A stretch of DNA of 63,797 nt, filler included, from Hyphochytrium catenoides (taxonomy: Eukaryota; Protista; Hyphochytriomycota), in the NCBI GenBank assembly GCA_900088475.1. It is 10 parts of 10 records of this genome, joined end to end, with 100 filler letters (N's around TTAATTAATTAA, not from the genome) between each part and the next. Parts side by side here need not be neighbours in the genome. Positions count along the whole stretch, not along the records: positions 30,575 to 52,470 come from FLMG01002190.1; 9 more parts are not named here. One strand, given 5' to 3'. Below the pieces are notes generated by a model. That model was not told where the DNA came from and ran no database searches. It saw nothing but the letters and a program-made list of their open reading frames with translations. Numbering within the stretch: the first letter of the stretch is position 1; the number at the start of each line of letters is the position of its first letter. Shown one piece after another: positions 36,701 through 50,652 of the stretch. The position numbers and the translations under genes were made by a program.

Positions 36701-38275
36701 GCACTCCTCCTCCCACAATGATTGTGAGAATAGTCCTACCACTGTTGTCCAACCCTAAGCCATTCATCTTTTTCTTCTTCACTATCGACCGTGGCCTAGA
36801 AAGGGCTAGAAATGAGAAATAATATTCATACGGGGCGGGCATAGTCGTTTCCTTTCTTCTTCTTCGTAGACCTTCTGCATTTTCTTGTCCTTACCGCACT
36901 TACTCCTGCTACGTTTGTATATAGAGAACCATCCTTCTCCTTTTTTGTCTTCGTCTCCTACTCTTTTATAGTTTTTTGCTGCCCGCTACTCTTCATCATC
37001 TGCACCAGTTATTCCACATTAACCATCGCCAGACAAGCACCACCATTATCTTCTTCATTTTTCCCCTTACAAATAGTGGGTCGGTGTTATAAATGATGGC
37101 CATCAGTTCACCGACCCATCATTATCGACCAAGTATCCCCTTGTAACCACTTCCTTCTTGTCATCGATGCGTTGAGAATGTTTCCATCATCCAGCCAAAG
37201 GTCATGTCCGTTATCGGAGCGGTGGTCCACACTCGATGCTCTTGATCTCTTGATGACACTTTCTTGCATACTTAGCTGGTAGTTAGTAGTCTAGACCTTG
37301 CATGGTCTGCATAGCAATGGGATGGGCAATTGCCGCACTCGCCGCGCACTAGTATGTAAGCTCACTTCACATTTTACCAGACGATCTGCACTTCGGCTTA
37401 CCGCGCTAGCGTGTTCTTTCCAAGCCTTCCTCTTCTGTGCCTACCATTAGCGTACGGTGAGACCGGTGTCGGGAAGTTATTCCGGGCAGGCTCTAACCCC
37501 TACACCCATTATCTCCCTTCCCTTCGTTTTCAGGATCGCCTTGTCAGATGAGCGCTATTATTTTATGATCTTATGCATGATGCCCATCGGTTCACCCATC
37601 TTTATCGACCCCACGTATGCCATGATCTCCCTTCTTCCCCTTCCATTTCATGTTCGCTCTACCGATGATCGCTAGCCTTCCTCGCATTAGCACCCCAATG
37701 AACCACAGCGTTATCTTCTTTCTTCCTCATGTTCTTCCAAGGGTTCGCTTCACTGATTAGCTCTGTCAGCCATAGCACTACCCTTAACTCTGAAGCTTCA
37801 GTCACCATCGTCCTGCCCCTTCATCTCTATAAGAAGCCAGTCCTAATATCATTAGCAAAGAATGGAGAACCGTCTATCACTCTCCTGCCTCCTTCTCCCT
37901 TCCTTCTTCTATATCATGATCGTCACTATCTCCTATAGCCACGTAATTCTTAGTGCGTTTATCTTCTTTTTTTCTCGGCAAAGCTCTCCTCCTTTCCACT
38001 GACAAGCATCTTTTGTTCCGACGCCTCTCTTCTTTCTGTTAAGCTCGGTTGCTCATTACTATCACTGTTAATCCTAACATTATGTGCCAGCTGACCCTCA
38101 ATCTTCTGTCCCCGTTATTATCTCAGCTCCTTTCCTTGGTCATTATCACTGTTCATCCTTAACTATTATCAACCAGATCAACTCCCTCATCAATCGCATC
38201 CTTCCCTTACTATGCTAATGCTCTACTCGTCAGTGACAATGAATGGTCGTACCTGGCTTATGACCAAGTCACCAG

Positions 38276-38352
38276 TGACTATCTTCCGTCCTTCCCTCAC
38301 CTGTGTCCCCTACCATGACTATCTTCCGTCCTTCCCTCGCCTGTGTCCCTAC
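38276..38352. repeat. Tandem duplication of a 40-bp unit
   Basis: tgactatcttccgtccttccctc(a/g)cctgtgtccc twice. Confidence 0.85.
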
Positions 38353-38462
38353 TTTCTCTATACACTCAGACTCGCTAACGTCCCTAGACTATCGAAGCAC
38401 GTAACCATCATCAGTATCTGTCTTTCTCTCTTTTTATACCTGTACTAAGGCCTTCTATTGTT

Positions 38463-38850
38463 ATAGCTACTACTATATATAACTAAGAAGAAGTAAAAGA
38501 AGAAGAAGAAGAAGAAGAAGAAGGAGGAGGAGGAGGAACAGAATAAGAATAAGAAGAAGGTAGCAAGAGAAGAAGTAGAAGAAGAAGAAGAGGAAGAAGA
38601 AGAAGAAGGCGGAGGAGAAGAAGAAGGAGAAAGAAGAAGGAGGAGGAGAAGAAGAAGAAGGAGGAGAAGAAGGAGCAGAAGACGGAGCAGAAGAAGAAGA
38701 AGGAGAAAGGGAAGAAGAAGACGAGGAAGAAGAAGAAGAGACCAAATCTATATATACGCTAAAGAGGGATAATAGCTACTACTACTACTTAAACTAAGAA
38801 GTAAGAGAAGAAGAAGGAGGAGAAGAAGAAGAAGAAGGAGAAGAACATGA
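38463..38850. repeat. (GAA/GGA)n low-complexity array in two blocks, each preceded by atagctactact...aactaagaag
   Basis: Visible trinucleotide repeats; shared leader at about 38463 and 38772. Confidence 0.85.
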
Positions 38851-40923
38851 GAGACGAGACGATAGCCGCAGCGTCCTGGACTCTTCTTCACCTCGCTCTC
38901 CTCCGCCACCATCATTATTAGAAGAGGAAGAAGAAGCATAGTTAAACACTTCGGCAATAATAACGATAGGAGACGGAGGCGGAGAAGAAGAACGAGATGG
39001 CGTGGCGCCGAGACCACTTATCAACATCGCGCGCCCAACCATGCAAGCTCGAGCAAAGTCCAGCTGCTGAAGAGGAGTACGCTTCAGAGTCTGCATCGCA
39101 ATCTCTTCATGGATGCAAAAAGAGATGTTGGTGTGAAGAGGCAGAGCCTTAGTTTGTCTAACTGACTATCACCGGCAACCTTTGAACAGTCTATAGCCGT
39201 CATCATGCTCGTCCTTTCTCTTCCAATGTGATGATAAGACATCCTTTATCTCTCTTTCTTCGCTACTTCCATCACCTCGACATGTTCTCTTGAGAATAAA
39301 GAGCGATTGAAGCGAAGAGAATGAGCCAGACCTTGTCATATTTCTTCCTCGTCTTCATTGGCGCTGCTCCTTCCTCTTTCCTCTTGTTCGTGTCCATCTT
39401 CCATGGTCCTTCTCCGCGATGCTTTGACCTTTATTGATGACGCTATGATGAACAGATCTCCCTCTTCTTTCTTCGCTGCCGTTCTTTCTTCATTAATGTC
39501 CTCGTCGTCGTGTCGAGCGTGTCGAGCTCATTGAGAGAATAAAGCACCGCTGTTGTCTATCTTCCTTATCTTCGCTGTCTGTTTCCTTCTTCTTTAACCA
39601 TCACCACCGTTTGTTCCTACCTTCAATGCGAGAGACTGGAGCAGTTCTGCCTCTCTTCCGCTCACCACTGTCTTCCGTCTCCCTCCTCCCACCTTTTTGG
39701 TCATCACTGGCGGTTCCGAGAAGAACCTCCATGGAAGAGGTATGAGCCATCTCTATTCCTTCCTTCCTTCCTTCCTCAGACCTCTTCTTTTCTTCTTTCT
39801 ATACTGAAGAGGCTTCCTCTTTCTCCGCCGTCTTCCGTCTTCCCAGCATCACGATTGCTCTTTCTTGGTAAACTCACTGAAAGAGGTCTGAAGAGGAGCA
39901 TTCTCCTCTCTCTTTCTTCTTGCTCTTCTCTGATTTATTGCTCCTTTCCTCCTAACATCCTGACCATCGCGTTCGTAGCTGCAACTTCGTTACAATGCTG
40001 CGAAGACTCTGAGAGATTCTTCTTCTTCTGTCACTTCGTTCCTTGTCTTCCTCTTCGCTGTTCCCTCTTTCCTGCTGTTCCTGAGAGGTAAGAAGGCATA
40101 TGCGGAGCATCATCATCATTCTTCTTCTTCTTCTCTCTTTCTTTCTTGCCATCAACACTATGTTCTCCTGACTTAATGAAGAGTAACATCGGTCAGTCAA
40201 GTCTTTCCTTTCTTATGTTCATTTCTTTCTCTCTTAGAGCTCCTTCCTCCTCCTCCGACTGACTACTAGGATATAAATCATCGAGTTTCTCCTTGCTCCA
40301 TCCTTTCCCGTCATCTTCCTCCTTGCCATCATTTCCTTGACTCTCCTAGCCTAATAGGCAGACGACGAGCGGCGAAAGTGCCGTTATCTTCTTCTTCCTC
40401 TCATACGCTCTCTCTCTCTCTCTCTCTCTCCGTCCCCCAACCCCTTTCTTTGTGGCCAACCATTGGTTCTGTCTCTTCAGTCTGGGCTACTTCTTTGCTT
40501 GGCGACTGGAGAGAAGAAAGGCTGGCTTCCTCCCGCCTATATTTTCAATCCTGACAGAGTCCCAGGCAGCCTTCTCTCTCTCTCTGTTCCTCCTCTTTTC
40601 GCTTGTTTCTGCTATCAAGGCAACCAGCGTTGTACAGCTGTTCTTGCCTCTCTTCTTCCACTTTCTCCTCAAGTTCCCGATTGTCTGAACCAGCAGCGCC
40701 ATCTCTTCTGTCATTAGATGAAGCTCTTTCTCTCGGACTCTACTGAGCTGTTGATCCCAGCTCGTCAAAATGAGTAGCTGAAAAAAGAGAAGCAAGAGCA
40801 GCTAGGAGATAATAGTAACCTACATCACATAAGGCGCAACCAAAGAAAGAGAGAAAGAGAGAGGGAGCAAGGGATAGAACGAAAGGAGAAATGAAAAGTG
40901 AGAGGGAGAGAGAGAGAAAAGAA

Positions 40924-40960
<37 letters not shown>

Positions 40961-41115
40961 TCCAGAAAGTATTCCAGAGCGACACTGTCTACTTGGTGGA
41001 GAAGCACGTTTCTCCCCAGGAAAGAATATTAGACGTCGGAATCAATATAAGCTGACTACTTGGACAGGCCTCTTGCCCCTTCTCCCCCCGCAATTGGAAA
41101 GAAAGAGAGAAGGAA

Positions 41116-41157
<42 letters not shown>

Positions 41158-41403
41158 CGAGCATCTGAGCGAGGCCATTACGTAGAATTTTTGCAGTGCA
41201 TCTTTCCTTTTTCCTCACTCCGACTGTGGAACGGACGTGCCTCTTCTTTCTCCTTCTTTTCAAGCGTTTTTACTATGAAGTTGCCATCTCTCCAACTTGT
41301 TACCTTCCTTCCATCGCCTCTGGAACGTACGAAGAGCTCCGAAAAGGAAGAGTCGAGTACGACAGTGTAGAGNNNNNNNNNNNNNNNNNNNNNNNNNNNN
41401 NNN

Positions 41404-41444
<41 letters not shown>

Positions 41445-41470
41445 TTAGGGAGAAGGGCGCTGGGTCCGTC

Positions 41471-41947
41471 CTAATGGAATAGGATAGAGGTGGAGCGGAG
41501 CCGCTCGTAGTGTTCATAAAAGTGATCGCCCGCGAGCTGCGCTCTCCCTTCGTGTTGAAAAGTCTGAAGGAGCGTTGACGTTGTCAGCACAAGGTTCTTG
41601 TCTTCTATTTCCTTCGGATCTTGGCTCTTTGAGGCTTTCTTGGACTTGGAAACAGTCTTGGAGACATTCTGTCTGTTGACCTCCTCCTGCACTCTAAGGT
41701 AGGAAAAGTATGTTCAGGAAAGGGGCAAAGAAGAGAGAAAGAGAGAGAGAGAGAGAGAAAGACAGCCAGTCAGAGAGAGAGAGATAAAGAAAGAATAGGA
41801 TAATAAGTATACAAGCCGCTGTGTCCTGGAGTCGAAGGCGGAGCATCCCAGACACCAGAAGTCGACTGAATTGAAGGAAGTAGCTAAGAAGAGAGATCCC
41901 ACTGACAAAGAGAACGAAGAATGGCAGAGAAAAGAGGCCAAGAAGAG

Positions 41948-41986
<39 letters not shown>

Positions 41987-42302
41987 AACCCGCAGAGAGA
42001 GAAAGAGTACACGTCGGCAAACCCGCAGCCCAGCGATACATAAAAGCCATCTTCTTTGTTCTACCTCGGCGTTCGGGGCCAGGTGAAAGGTGCTGGGAGA
42101 AGGTCCTTTAAGCCTGAAAAAGTAGGCGGAACTGCTGGTTGCTGAATCTTCGGCTTCTCTTTCTGGCTGCCCGTGAGGCCGAGCTTGGAGACATCGATGC
42201 CGTGAAGAAAAGCCTCTCCTCGACTGCACTCCACAGATGCTGATAGGATGTCTCGGATGTAGCTCTAAGGAGGGTGAAGGGGCAGAAGAAAAAATGTGAG
42301 GA

Positions 42303-42340
<38 letters not shown>

Positions 42341-45300
42341 GGCATATGGAAGATTATCGGTCGACAGTGAGGGGCCAGAAGGAGAGAGAAGGTCAGAGCG
42401 GAGAGGTGAGAGAGAAAGAGAGAGTTATAAAGAGGCCGCTGCGAGAAAGGAAAAGAAGGAGAGAGAGACACGTAAGATGAACCCTAGAGAGACCGTTGAA
42501 AGGGGGAACAAGGGGAGAGGGGGTAGAGAGAAAGGAACGCAAGAAAGAGAGAATCGCGTGGACATCGCAGTGAGAAAGAGAAGCACCGGCTTCTCAATGG
42601 CAGAGCCGAAGAATTGGCTCTTGTCTCTGACCTCTACGGCGCCATGGAGGTACTGGACAGCCTCAGGAGCGACGGAGTGTAGACCATTCCTGGCCGCTGC
42701 CTCTCTCATCTGCGTGGCAATGGCGCCAGGCACTGGAGCCTCCTCTAGAGTCTGATACTCGGGCCAGGGGAACGTTCGGACGGGGCGCAGGGCGCTACCG
42801 TCTGTGGAAGAAGGAGCTTGTCAACAACCTTCCCGCCTTCTTCCTCATCCTCTCTCTCTTTCTGTCTCTGTCTCTATCCCTCTCTCTCTTGTTCTCTCTC
42901 TCTTTCTCTCTCTCCTGTTCTCACTCTCCCACTTTCTCTTTTTTCTCTATCTTCTTGCCCTCTCTTTTTTATCTCTCTCTAAACGAGATCATAACTTCCC
43001 CTCAACCTGTAACTCTCTTATTAGCGCTTCCCACTTTTCTTTCTCTTCTTGTCTGTCTTTCCAGGCTCTCGCTGACACTCTCTCGCCTTCCCCCTCCTTC
43101 TTTCTCACTTTCTCTCCCTCTGTCTTGTGAAGACCAATTCTCTTCTCTTCCTTTCTCCTCTCTCCTACCTGAGGCAGCCTCCGTCGTGGGTCCATTGGCG
43201 GAAGAGGCGCTCGTTTTGTCTATCGAATACTTTCTTGAGGCCTTGGGATGTACTCAGAGACCGTTAAGGAGACTCCAAAAGAGAGAAGAAAGTATGGAGA
43301 AGACCAGAATATCTTGAGTCGAAGGAAAGAGCTGTCATCGGAGAGAGAGAGCAGCCAGGTAAGGGCCCAGAGGAGGGTCACATAAAGAGGAAGAGAGAGA
43401 TAGAAGCTAGTGTGGGAGGGGATAGTGAGAAAGAGAGAGGACGATCAGCTTCAGAAAGGTGTAGAGTAAGTCAAGCATAAAGGTAGTCAACCTCACAGAA
43501 AGAGAGAGAGAGAGAAAGAGAGAACGAAAGAGAGAAAGGGAGAGAGAGAAGAGGAACTAGAGCTGTCCAGGAAAGGAATGCAAAGAGAGATATGAAGAAG
43601 ATATCACTATGAAGAGGATATTCTTCGAGATGAGCGACATTAGCGCCGTTGACTTTTGCTCCGCTATCTTGCACCGAGAGCGCATTATCTTTGACCGCGT
43701 GATCTCCAGGAGACGGCGCAATGCTGGAGAGACAGAGACAGAGAGAGAGAGAGAGAGAGATATACTGTGGGATGGAGTGACGCCATGGAGGGTAAATAGA
43801 GAAGAGGAGATGGGGAACAAGGGGCGAAAGGAGAAAGGCGCGAGGTAGAGGGAGCACCAAAAAAAACTCTGTCCACATAGGAACGCAGGAAGACGAAGAG
43901 AATAAATGAAGACTGAGCAGACAAGATGTCAAGTTATGGAAAGAAGAGAGGAGAGAAGGCGAAACGAAAAGGGAAGGGCAAGCCAAGAGAGAGACGGACC
44001 TTGGTCATTGCTCTGGAACGTGGTAGGGACTTTGGACACAAGCTTTTTCTTACGCAAAAGACTTGGATCTAGTCAACAGACAGAAGAGAATCACATTGTG
44101 AGATAGAAAGAGAACAATTGGCGCAGGAGAGACAAGCTCCCGCAACTTAGGAAACGAGGGTAGGATAAAAGTAGTGAGAGAGACACAAAGCTTTAGCCCG
44201 AAAGCGGGCGCACGCAAAAACAGAAGTAGAGAGAGAGAGAGAGAGAGAGGGAGACAGCGAGAGAGTGTGTGTGCTTGGGGTGAGAGAGAGTGTGCGTGTG
44301 AGATAGGGATAGAGAGAGAGAGAGAGACAGAGAGAGACAGAGAGAGATATATATAAGAGAAGCTAGGTGGTCATTGACCTGTAAGATAGGAGGCGCTCAC
44401 TGGGTTGGCAGGTATCCCTAGGAGATAAGAACGAAAGTTAGAGAAACATCAGGCCGGACAGAGCCACGGGGAGCTCATAAACTTCTCACCTGGAGCCTCA
44501 CTTGTGGCAGGAGAGCTGCTCTTCTCATCCTTCAACTGCTACAGGCGCCAGGGAATTTAGAAGCAAGCAGGAAGCGCAAGACAAGAGCAACCAGGGCAGG
44601 AGACAGAATAAGGGGAAAGAGCACGAGAGCTAGCGAGAAAACAAGCGAGCCATTGAGTGCAGGAGAAAAGCACACACAAGAGAGAGAGAGAGAGAAAGAG
44701 AGAGGCTAGCAAGAAAGGTGTAGCGATGCTCACCAGGGGAAGAGTCCCGAGCTGCGGAGCGGACTCTGCCAGCGGCGCTGAGGGGACATCTTTGGGCTTT
44801 GCAGGCGGCGGCGTGTAGCCTTTCGGAGGCTTTCCTGTGCGGACATTGTGGAGAATCGCCTTCACAAATAGATTGTGCAGGCTCGCTAGGGGAAAAGAGA
44901 GAGTGAGAGAAAAAATGAGAAGGCCGGAGAGAGAGAAAGAGAGAGAGAGAGAGTGTGTGTTAGTCTCAGACTAGATTGGACAAGATGAAAGGGAGAGTCA
45001 GAAACGTACCAGAGAGAGAGAAACAGAACAGTCATTAAGAGAACACGTTGAGCAAGAGAAGAGGAAGGAACAAAGAGACGCAGACCGAGAGAGAGAAAGA
45101 GAGACAGAATGGAACTAGGATGTGGGAAAGTGATAGAGAAAAAAAAAAGAGAGAGAGAGAGAGAGCAGAGAGAGAGAGAGACTGAGAGAGGGAGGGAGAA
45201 GAGAGACAAAGTAAGACAAATTCGGGCCTTTGATATGAAGACGCTCCTCTATCCCTTACCATATTCTGGGCCAAGAAGCTCGAGGACGGTGCTTTCCAGC

Positions 45301-45455
45301 TCATTTCTTGTCAGTTTGCTGGCCACAAAGCTGCCCAAGAGCTAGGTTAAATATAGGAAGAAAGAGAGAGGAGACAGGGAAAACCTCATAAAAGAGAAGC
45401 CTCTTTACCTTTGCAGGGCCTGCCAGTAGCGATGCCAAAAGCCTTTTCCTCGTCT
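41471..45455 (-). CDS. TADA1: SAGA complex subunit Tad1/TADA1 (ADA1); multi-exon, first exon not resolved (N gap)
   Basis: WHRYWQALQSFVASKLTRNELESTVLELLGPEY|..LHNLFVKAILHN (Tad1 N-terminal helices); histone-fold-like IATQMREAAARNGLHSVAPEAVQYLHGAVE; TAG at 41471. Confidence 0.75.
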
Positions 45456-45919
45456 CTGTGCAGAGAAAAGCTCATGAGGATGAGGGGAGAGAGGGGGGGA
45501 GAGAGAGAGAGAGGGGGAGAGAGANNNNNNNNNNNNNNNNNNNNNNNNNNNNNNNCACTGGGGTGGCCGTCGAGAGAGGGCTGCCGCGGGTCTTCAAAGA
45601 GAGAGACGGTCTCAGCAGGAGTCGGCTGCGATGCATCCTTGAAGGGAGAGAAGCTGCTCAAAGAGCTTCCAGGGAAGACTATAAACCCAGCGACTCTGTT
45701 TCTTTCTCCCTGGCGCGCTTTTCCCAGGTTATCCTTCCTTCTCAACTCTCTTGCGCCGTCTTCCTTTCTCTCTTTCTCTCTCTCTTTTGTCTTTCCAGAC
45801 CAAGTCGTCCTTTCTCTCTCTTTCCTTCGTCTCGTGGTCTTATGGGAAGAGAATGATCCTTTCGCTTCTTGCTCACTCTTCCTGTCAACCTTGAGCTGTA
45901 AACTACAATGACCTTTCTT

Positions 45920-45970
<51 letters not shown>

Positions 45971-46320
45971 TTCTCTCTGTCTCTCTCTCTCTTTCCCTCG
46001 CCCATATTCTTTTTGCTCCTTTCTCCGCTCTGTCTGTCTCTTTGAATCTCTGTCTTTCTCTCTGCTTTCAATTGTCCTTGCATTTTGTGTCTCTCCTCTC
46101 CTCTCTGTGTCTCTCTCCTCTAATAGGATCAGAACTACTTTCCCCATGAACGTTATATGCCGAATATGAAACATTCTTATCCCTAAATAAGTACTTAATG
46201 GGAGGCGGTATTCCTGTATTGGAATGATTGAAGGGAAGGGTGTATCTGTGTCTGATGCCGGCTGCCCATGGATTGGATTCTCTCCGTCTTTTGAGAGGTG
46301 TCGAAGCCATTCTCTTTTGG

Positions 46321-46357
<37 letters not shown>

Positions 46358-46584
46358 TGCTCCCTCTCCTCTCTCTCTCTGTCTCTCTCCTTCCGTCTTC
46401 TCTCTCTCTTTCCTTCGTCTGCTGCTTGCCTCCTAGTGGCATCATTGCCTCTGAGCTCCGTCCTCTGCTTCTTTCTTCTGGGTCTCCTATTGCTCACATC
46501 ACCCACTTGGCCTTTCATTTTTCTGCTCGTGTACCGGCATCTAGGACCCGGTGGCAGACTGCAGGCATCTCTTGTTTGGACCTT

Positions 46585-46621
<37 letters not shown>

Positions 46622-46706
46622 CTACTCTGCTCATCAGTACCCGCATACATAGCCGTCGGAGGCTAGTTCTTCGGACGGAGAAGTCGGGAGCTGAAGAAGG
46701 AGACAA

Positions 46707-47579
46707 ATGGAGAAGAACAGCAAGAGAGACAGAGGTAAGTGGGGAGAGAGGGAGTAAGATGAAAGTCAAGAAATCTTGACCGCACTCTTATATAAGAGAG
46801 AAGAACAGAGAGAGACAGAGCGAGGAAGGAAGCTAATATTTGCTGTTGCTTTCAGAGGAAGACCCGGAGAAGACTCCTGACCGCTATGAGGGCGGCGGAG
46901 GAGAAGAGAACGCGACCGATGACGATGCAGCGCCCATGCCCATGCCCATGCCCGCCAAGAAGAAGAAGCGCAAAGGTAAGAGCCACACAAGCGATTGTCT
47001 TCTACTCTCGTGGTACCACTTTCTCATCTGTTCTCTCTCTCTCTTTCTCTCTCTCTATCTATCTAGCTCTCTTCCACTTTCTTTTTCTCTCTTCCTGCTG
47101 TCTCTCTTCTTTTTCCCTTTCTCTCTCCCTTGAAGCCACTAGTCCGGTCTATCGATCTTAGTTCTCACCGAGGGCTCTTCCTTCACTCTGCAGTCTTTGA
47201 CCTTTTTTCTTGGCATCCTGACATCCCCACCTGACACCGCCAGCATCTCTCTGCCACTTTCTCTCTCACTCTTCCTTCCCTCGCCTCTTTCTTTCCCTCC
47301 GTCTCTCTCTTTTGGGGCGCCTATCTCTCTTTCCCTCTCTCTCTCCTTTCTGTTTCTCTATCCTCTCTGATTTCCGCGTTGCCTGCACTGTCTGTTTGTC
47401 AAATGACCTCTATATCTTCCTTCTCTTTGTCATTCCTTGCATTTATCTGCCACCGCCTTACTCTTCGCCCCATCCTCGTCCTTTCCACATAATTGTACAC
47501 ATTCATGCACATTCCTCCCGTTTCACTTCTTTCTTCCTCTCTCCACGTTTCTCACACTCTCTCACACTCTTTCCTTCCT

Positions 47580-47614
<35 letters not shown>

Positions 47615-47981
47615 CTCTCCCTTCTCTCTCTCTCTCCTGCGTATATTTGTACGCATTCATGCTCCCTCCTCCCGTTTCACTCCTCTCTTCCTCTCTCCAC
47701 GTTTCCCACACTCTTCTCACACTCTTCCTTTCCTTCTCTCTCTCTCTTCTCTCTCTCTCTCTCTCTGGACTTCGTCTTCACATCAGGACTGGAGTTTGCT
47801 GCTGTCTACTTGGATCAGCTGCCTAGCGCCGAGATGTATGAGAAGAGTTACATGCACAGAGACGCAGTCACCCACACTCTCGTCACGCCCAGAACTGAGT
47901 ATATTGTCACTGCCAGGTGATCAGTCTATCCAGCTCCCGGGCTCCTCCTCCCCGGCAGTGCTCTCTCTCTCCTTCTCCCTC

Positions 47982-48014
<33 letters not shown>

Positions 48015-48191
48015 TTCTCTCTTCTCTACTCACTATGTCTCTTTCACTCTTTATGGTTCCTTTGTCAGTTCTTAAATGTTCTCAGGGGCAAAGTGTCCTA
48101 CCCTTGGTCTTTCTATCAGACTTGTGCACCACTTTATTTGCTCTCAGAGAACGCAACTCGCAGAGCACAATATCAAATATTCTCATCCCAC

Positions 48192-48230
<39 letters not shown>

Positions 48231-50606
48231 TCTTTCGCTATGTCCCGTCCTGTTGCTGGATCTATTTTCTTGGTACGCTCAGTGCGGACGGGCATGTGAA
48301 GTTCTGGAAGAAGGTGGAGCGCGGGATTGAGTTTGTCAAGCACTTCAAGGCGCACCTCGGGCCTGTGCTGGGTCTCGCCTGCAGCCATGATGGACTTAGA
48401 CTCTGCAGCACTTCCGCCGACCAGGTCTCTCTCTCTCCCCTTAATTCTCCTCTGGCTGGTTCTCTCCTATTGCTGTCTCCCATCCTGCATCTCCCTATAA
48501 CCGTATGTCTCTGTCATTCTCTCTTTTATGTCTCTCTTTTCCTTCACTCTCTTCCTTCCGTCCTCTCGCTCGTTCATTTTTCTCCAGTGTATTCTTTCAG
48601 TGCCTTCCTTCAATATCTTTCCAACGCTCCGCTCTCTCTCTGCATCTCGTTCTTCTACTTCTTGTACATAGATAACTCTCCTTCCCGTTGCGTCACTAGA
48701 GAACTTGCCTCTCCTTCTCTCGTTGATCTCTATGTCAGGCAATAAAATTCTACGATGTAATCAACTTCGACATGGTGAACATGCTGAAGGCTCCTTACAC
48801 CCCGACCGCCTGCTCCTGGATCTATAGCACCAATGAGCCCATAGCGAGGGTAAAGTCTTCTCAGAAACATCATAGTGACATCCCAACCCCATTCTCTCTT
48901 CTCTCTGTCTCTCTCTTTCTCTCCTTGTCTCTCTTACTCCCACTCTCCTGATCTTAGTGTCGCTTTCTGTCCCTCTATCCACTCCTCTCTCTCTTTCTCC
49001 ACTCTCTAATCGCTCAAGCTTCTTGTTTCTCTTCCACCTCGCGGCTGGGACCACCTTGGGAGCCACTCTCGCTCCGTCGTTCTCTCCCTTAAGCACTCAT
49101 TTTATCTTCTTACCTTTGTCGCGCTCTAAGGTGGCGGTTTGCGACAAGTCATCACCCTCGATCCGCATTTACAACGCGGAGGGCGGTGCAGAGCCGTTGC
49201 GCACACTGACAATACATAGGTCAAGGAAACGAACCTTTGGTCTCACTCTTTCTCCTTCTCTCTCTCTCTTCTCTACTGCAACTTTGACCTCGGTGTCCCT
49301 CGTACTCTCCTCTCTCCTTCTCCGCACTCTTTTTCGCTTTTTTCCCATCAAGCGGACGGCTGCCCTGCCGTAGCAGGTTTGGGAGAGGCTTTCCGCTTCA
49401 TCTTTCCTGACTGCCTCACTTCTAATCTGTCTTTCCTTGCTTTGCTTACCATCCCTCTTTCTCCTTTCGTTACCTCTATTTATCAAACTGAGCGTGCTAA
49501 CGGTCTCTTCTTTCTCTATTCTCTCTTGGCCACAGTGCGCCGGTCACATGTCTCGTCTTTAATGCAAAGTTTGCTTCGGTCATGAGCGCGGATCGGAAGG
49601 GAATCTTGGAGTGCTGGTCCTCTGTGGACTATAACGCGCCCAAGAACGTCAAGTACAANNNNNNNNNNNNNNNNNNNNNNNNNNNNNNNNNNNNNNNNNN
49701 NNNNNNNNNNNNNNNNNNNNNNNNNNNNNNNNNNNNNNNNNNNNNNAGCTTTGTACGCTGCCAAGGAAGAGAAAGAAGTTCTCTATAGTGGTGGAGAGGC
49801 AATATGGAGACGTCAGCCGCAAAGCAACAGAGGACAGCCACCAATAGCAAAAGGGCAAAGAGCTCAAAGACGGTTCAATCTAAACTAACTGGCTGTCCCA
49901 TTTTCTCTCCCAGACGGACACGGATCTCTACGAACTAGCAAAGGCAAAGACAGAGCCGACGTCTATCGCCTGTAGCGCTAACGGCAAGAACATTGTCGTC
50001 ACTGCTAAAGACGCGCAGGTAGGAACTCCAGTCCGAAAAGCAGGAATCTTTTGAAAGGGCCAAAAAGGTTGTCCGCAGACAGGTGCCAAAGGAAGAGAAA
50101 GGGGAGAGAGAGAGAATCAATGGACTAGTAGACATGAAGCAGGGCTTGGTAAAAGGACGGCAAAGCACTCAGGGAAGACCTAACATATCATTCTTTGGCC
50201 TCTACTCTCTCTCCTTTTTGCCCTGCTCTCCCTTGCTGCCTTTCTCCTCCTCTTCTGTGTTTCCCTTTCTCCACAGATCCGCGTTTTCAACTTCTTGACA
50301 GGAAAGTTAAGGCGGAAATATGACGAGAGCCTTGCGGTGTACGAGGATGCACAAGAGGATGGCTCCCTGAAGCTTGACCCTCTAGACTTTGGCAGAAGAA
50401 TGGCAGTGGAGAGAGAGCTAAGAGAGAAAGAGCGAGGGGCCAACCCACCTCCTCCTTCCAACGCTGTCTTTGACGAGACAGGCCATTTTGTAATCTATCC
50501 AACTCTTCTTGGCATTAAGATAGTGAACATGGAAACGAACACCACCAGCAGAGTGCTAGGAAAAGTAAGGGACCTTACCCGACCTCATGACTCCCTCTTC
50601 TCTCTT

Positions 50607-50652
<46 letters not shown>

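Noticed and set aside
45557-45635. MHRSRLLLRPSLSLKTRGSP as a mitochondrial targeting peptide on TADA1
   Set aside because: Adjacent N gap prevents linking it in frame; TADA1 is nuclear and the true first exon is unresolved
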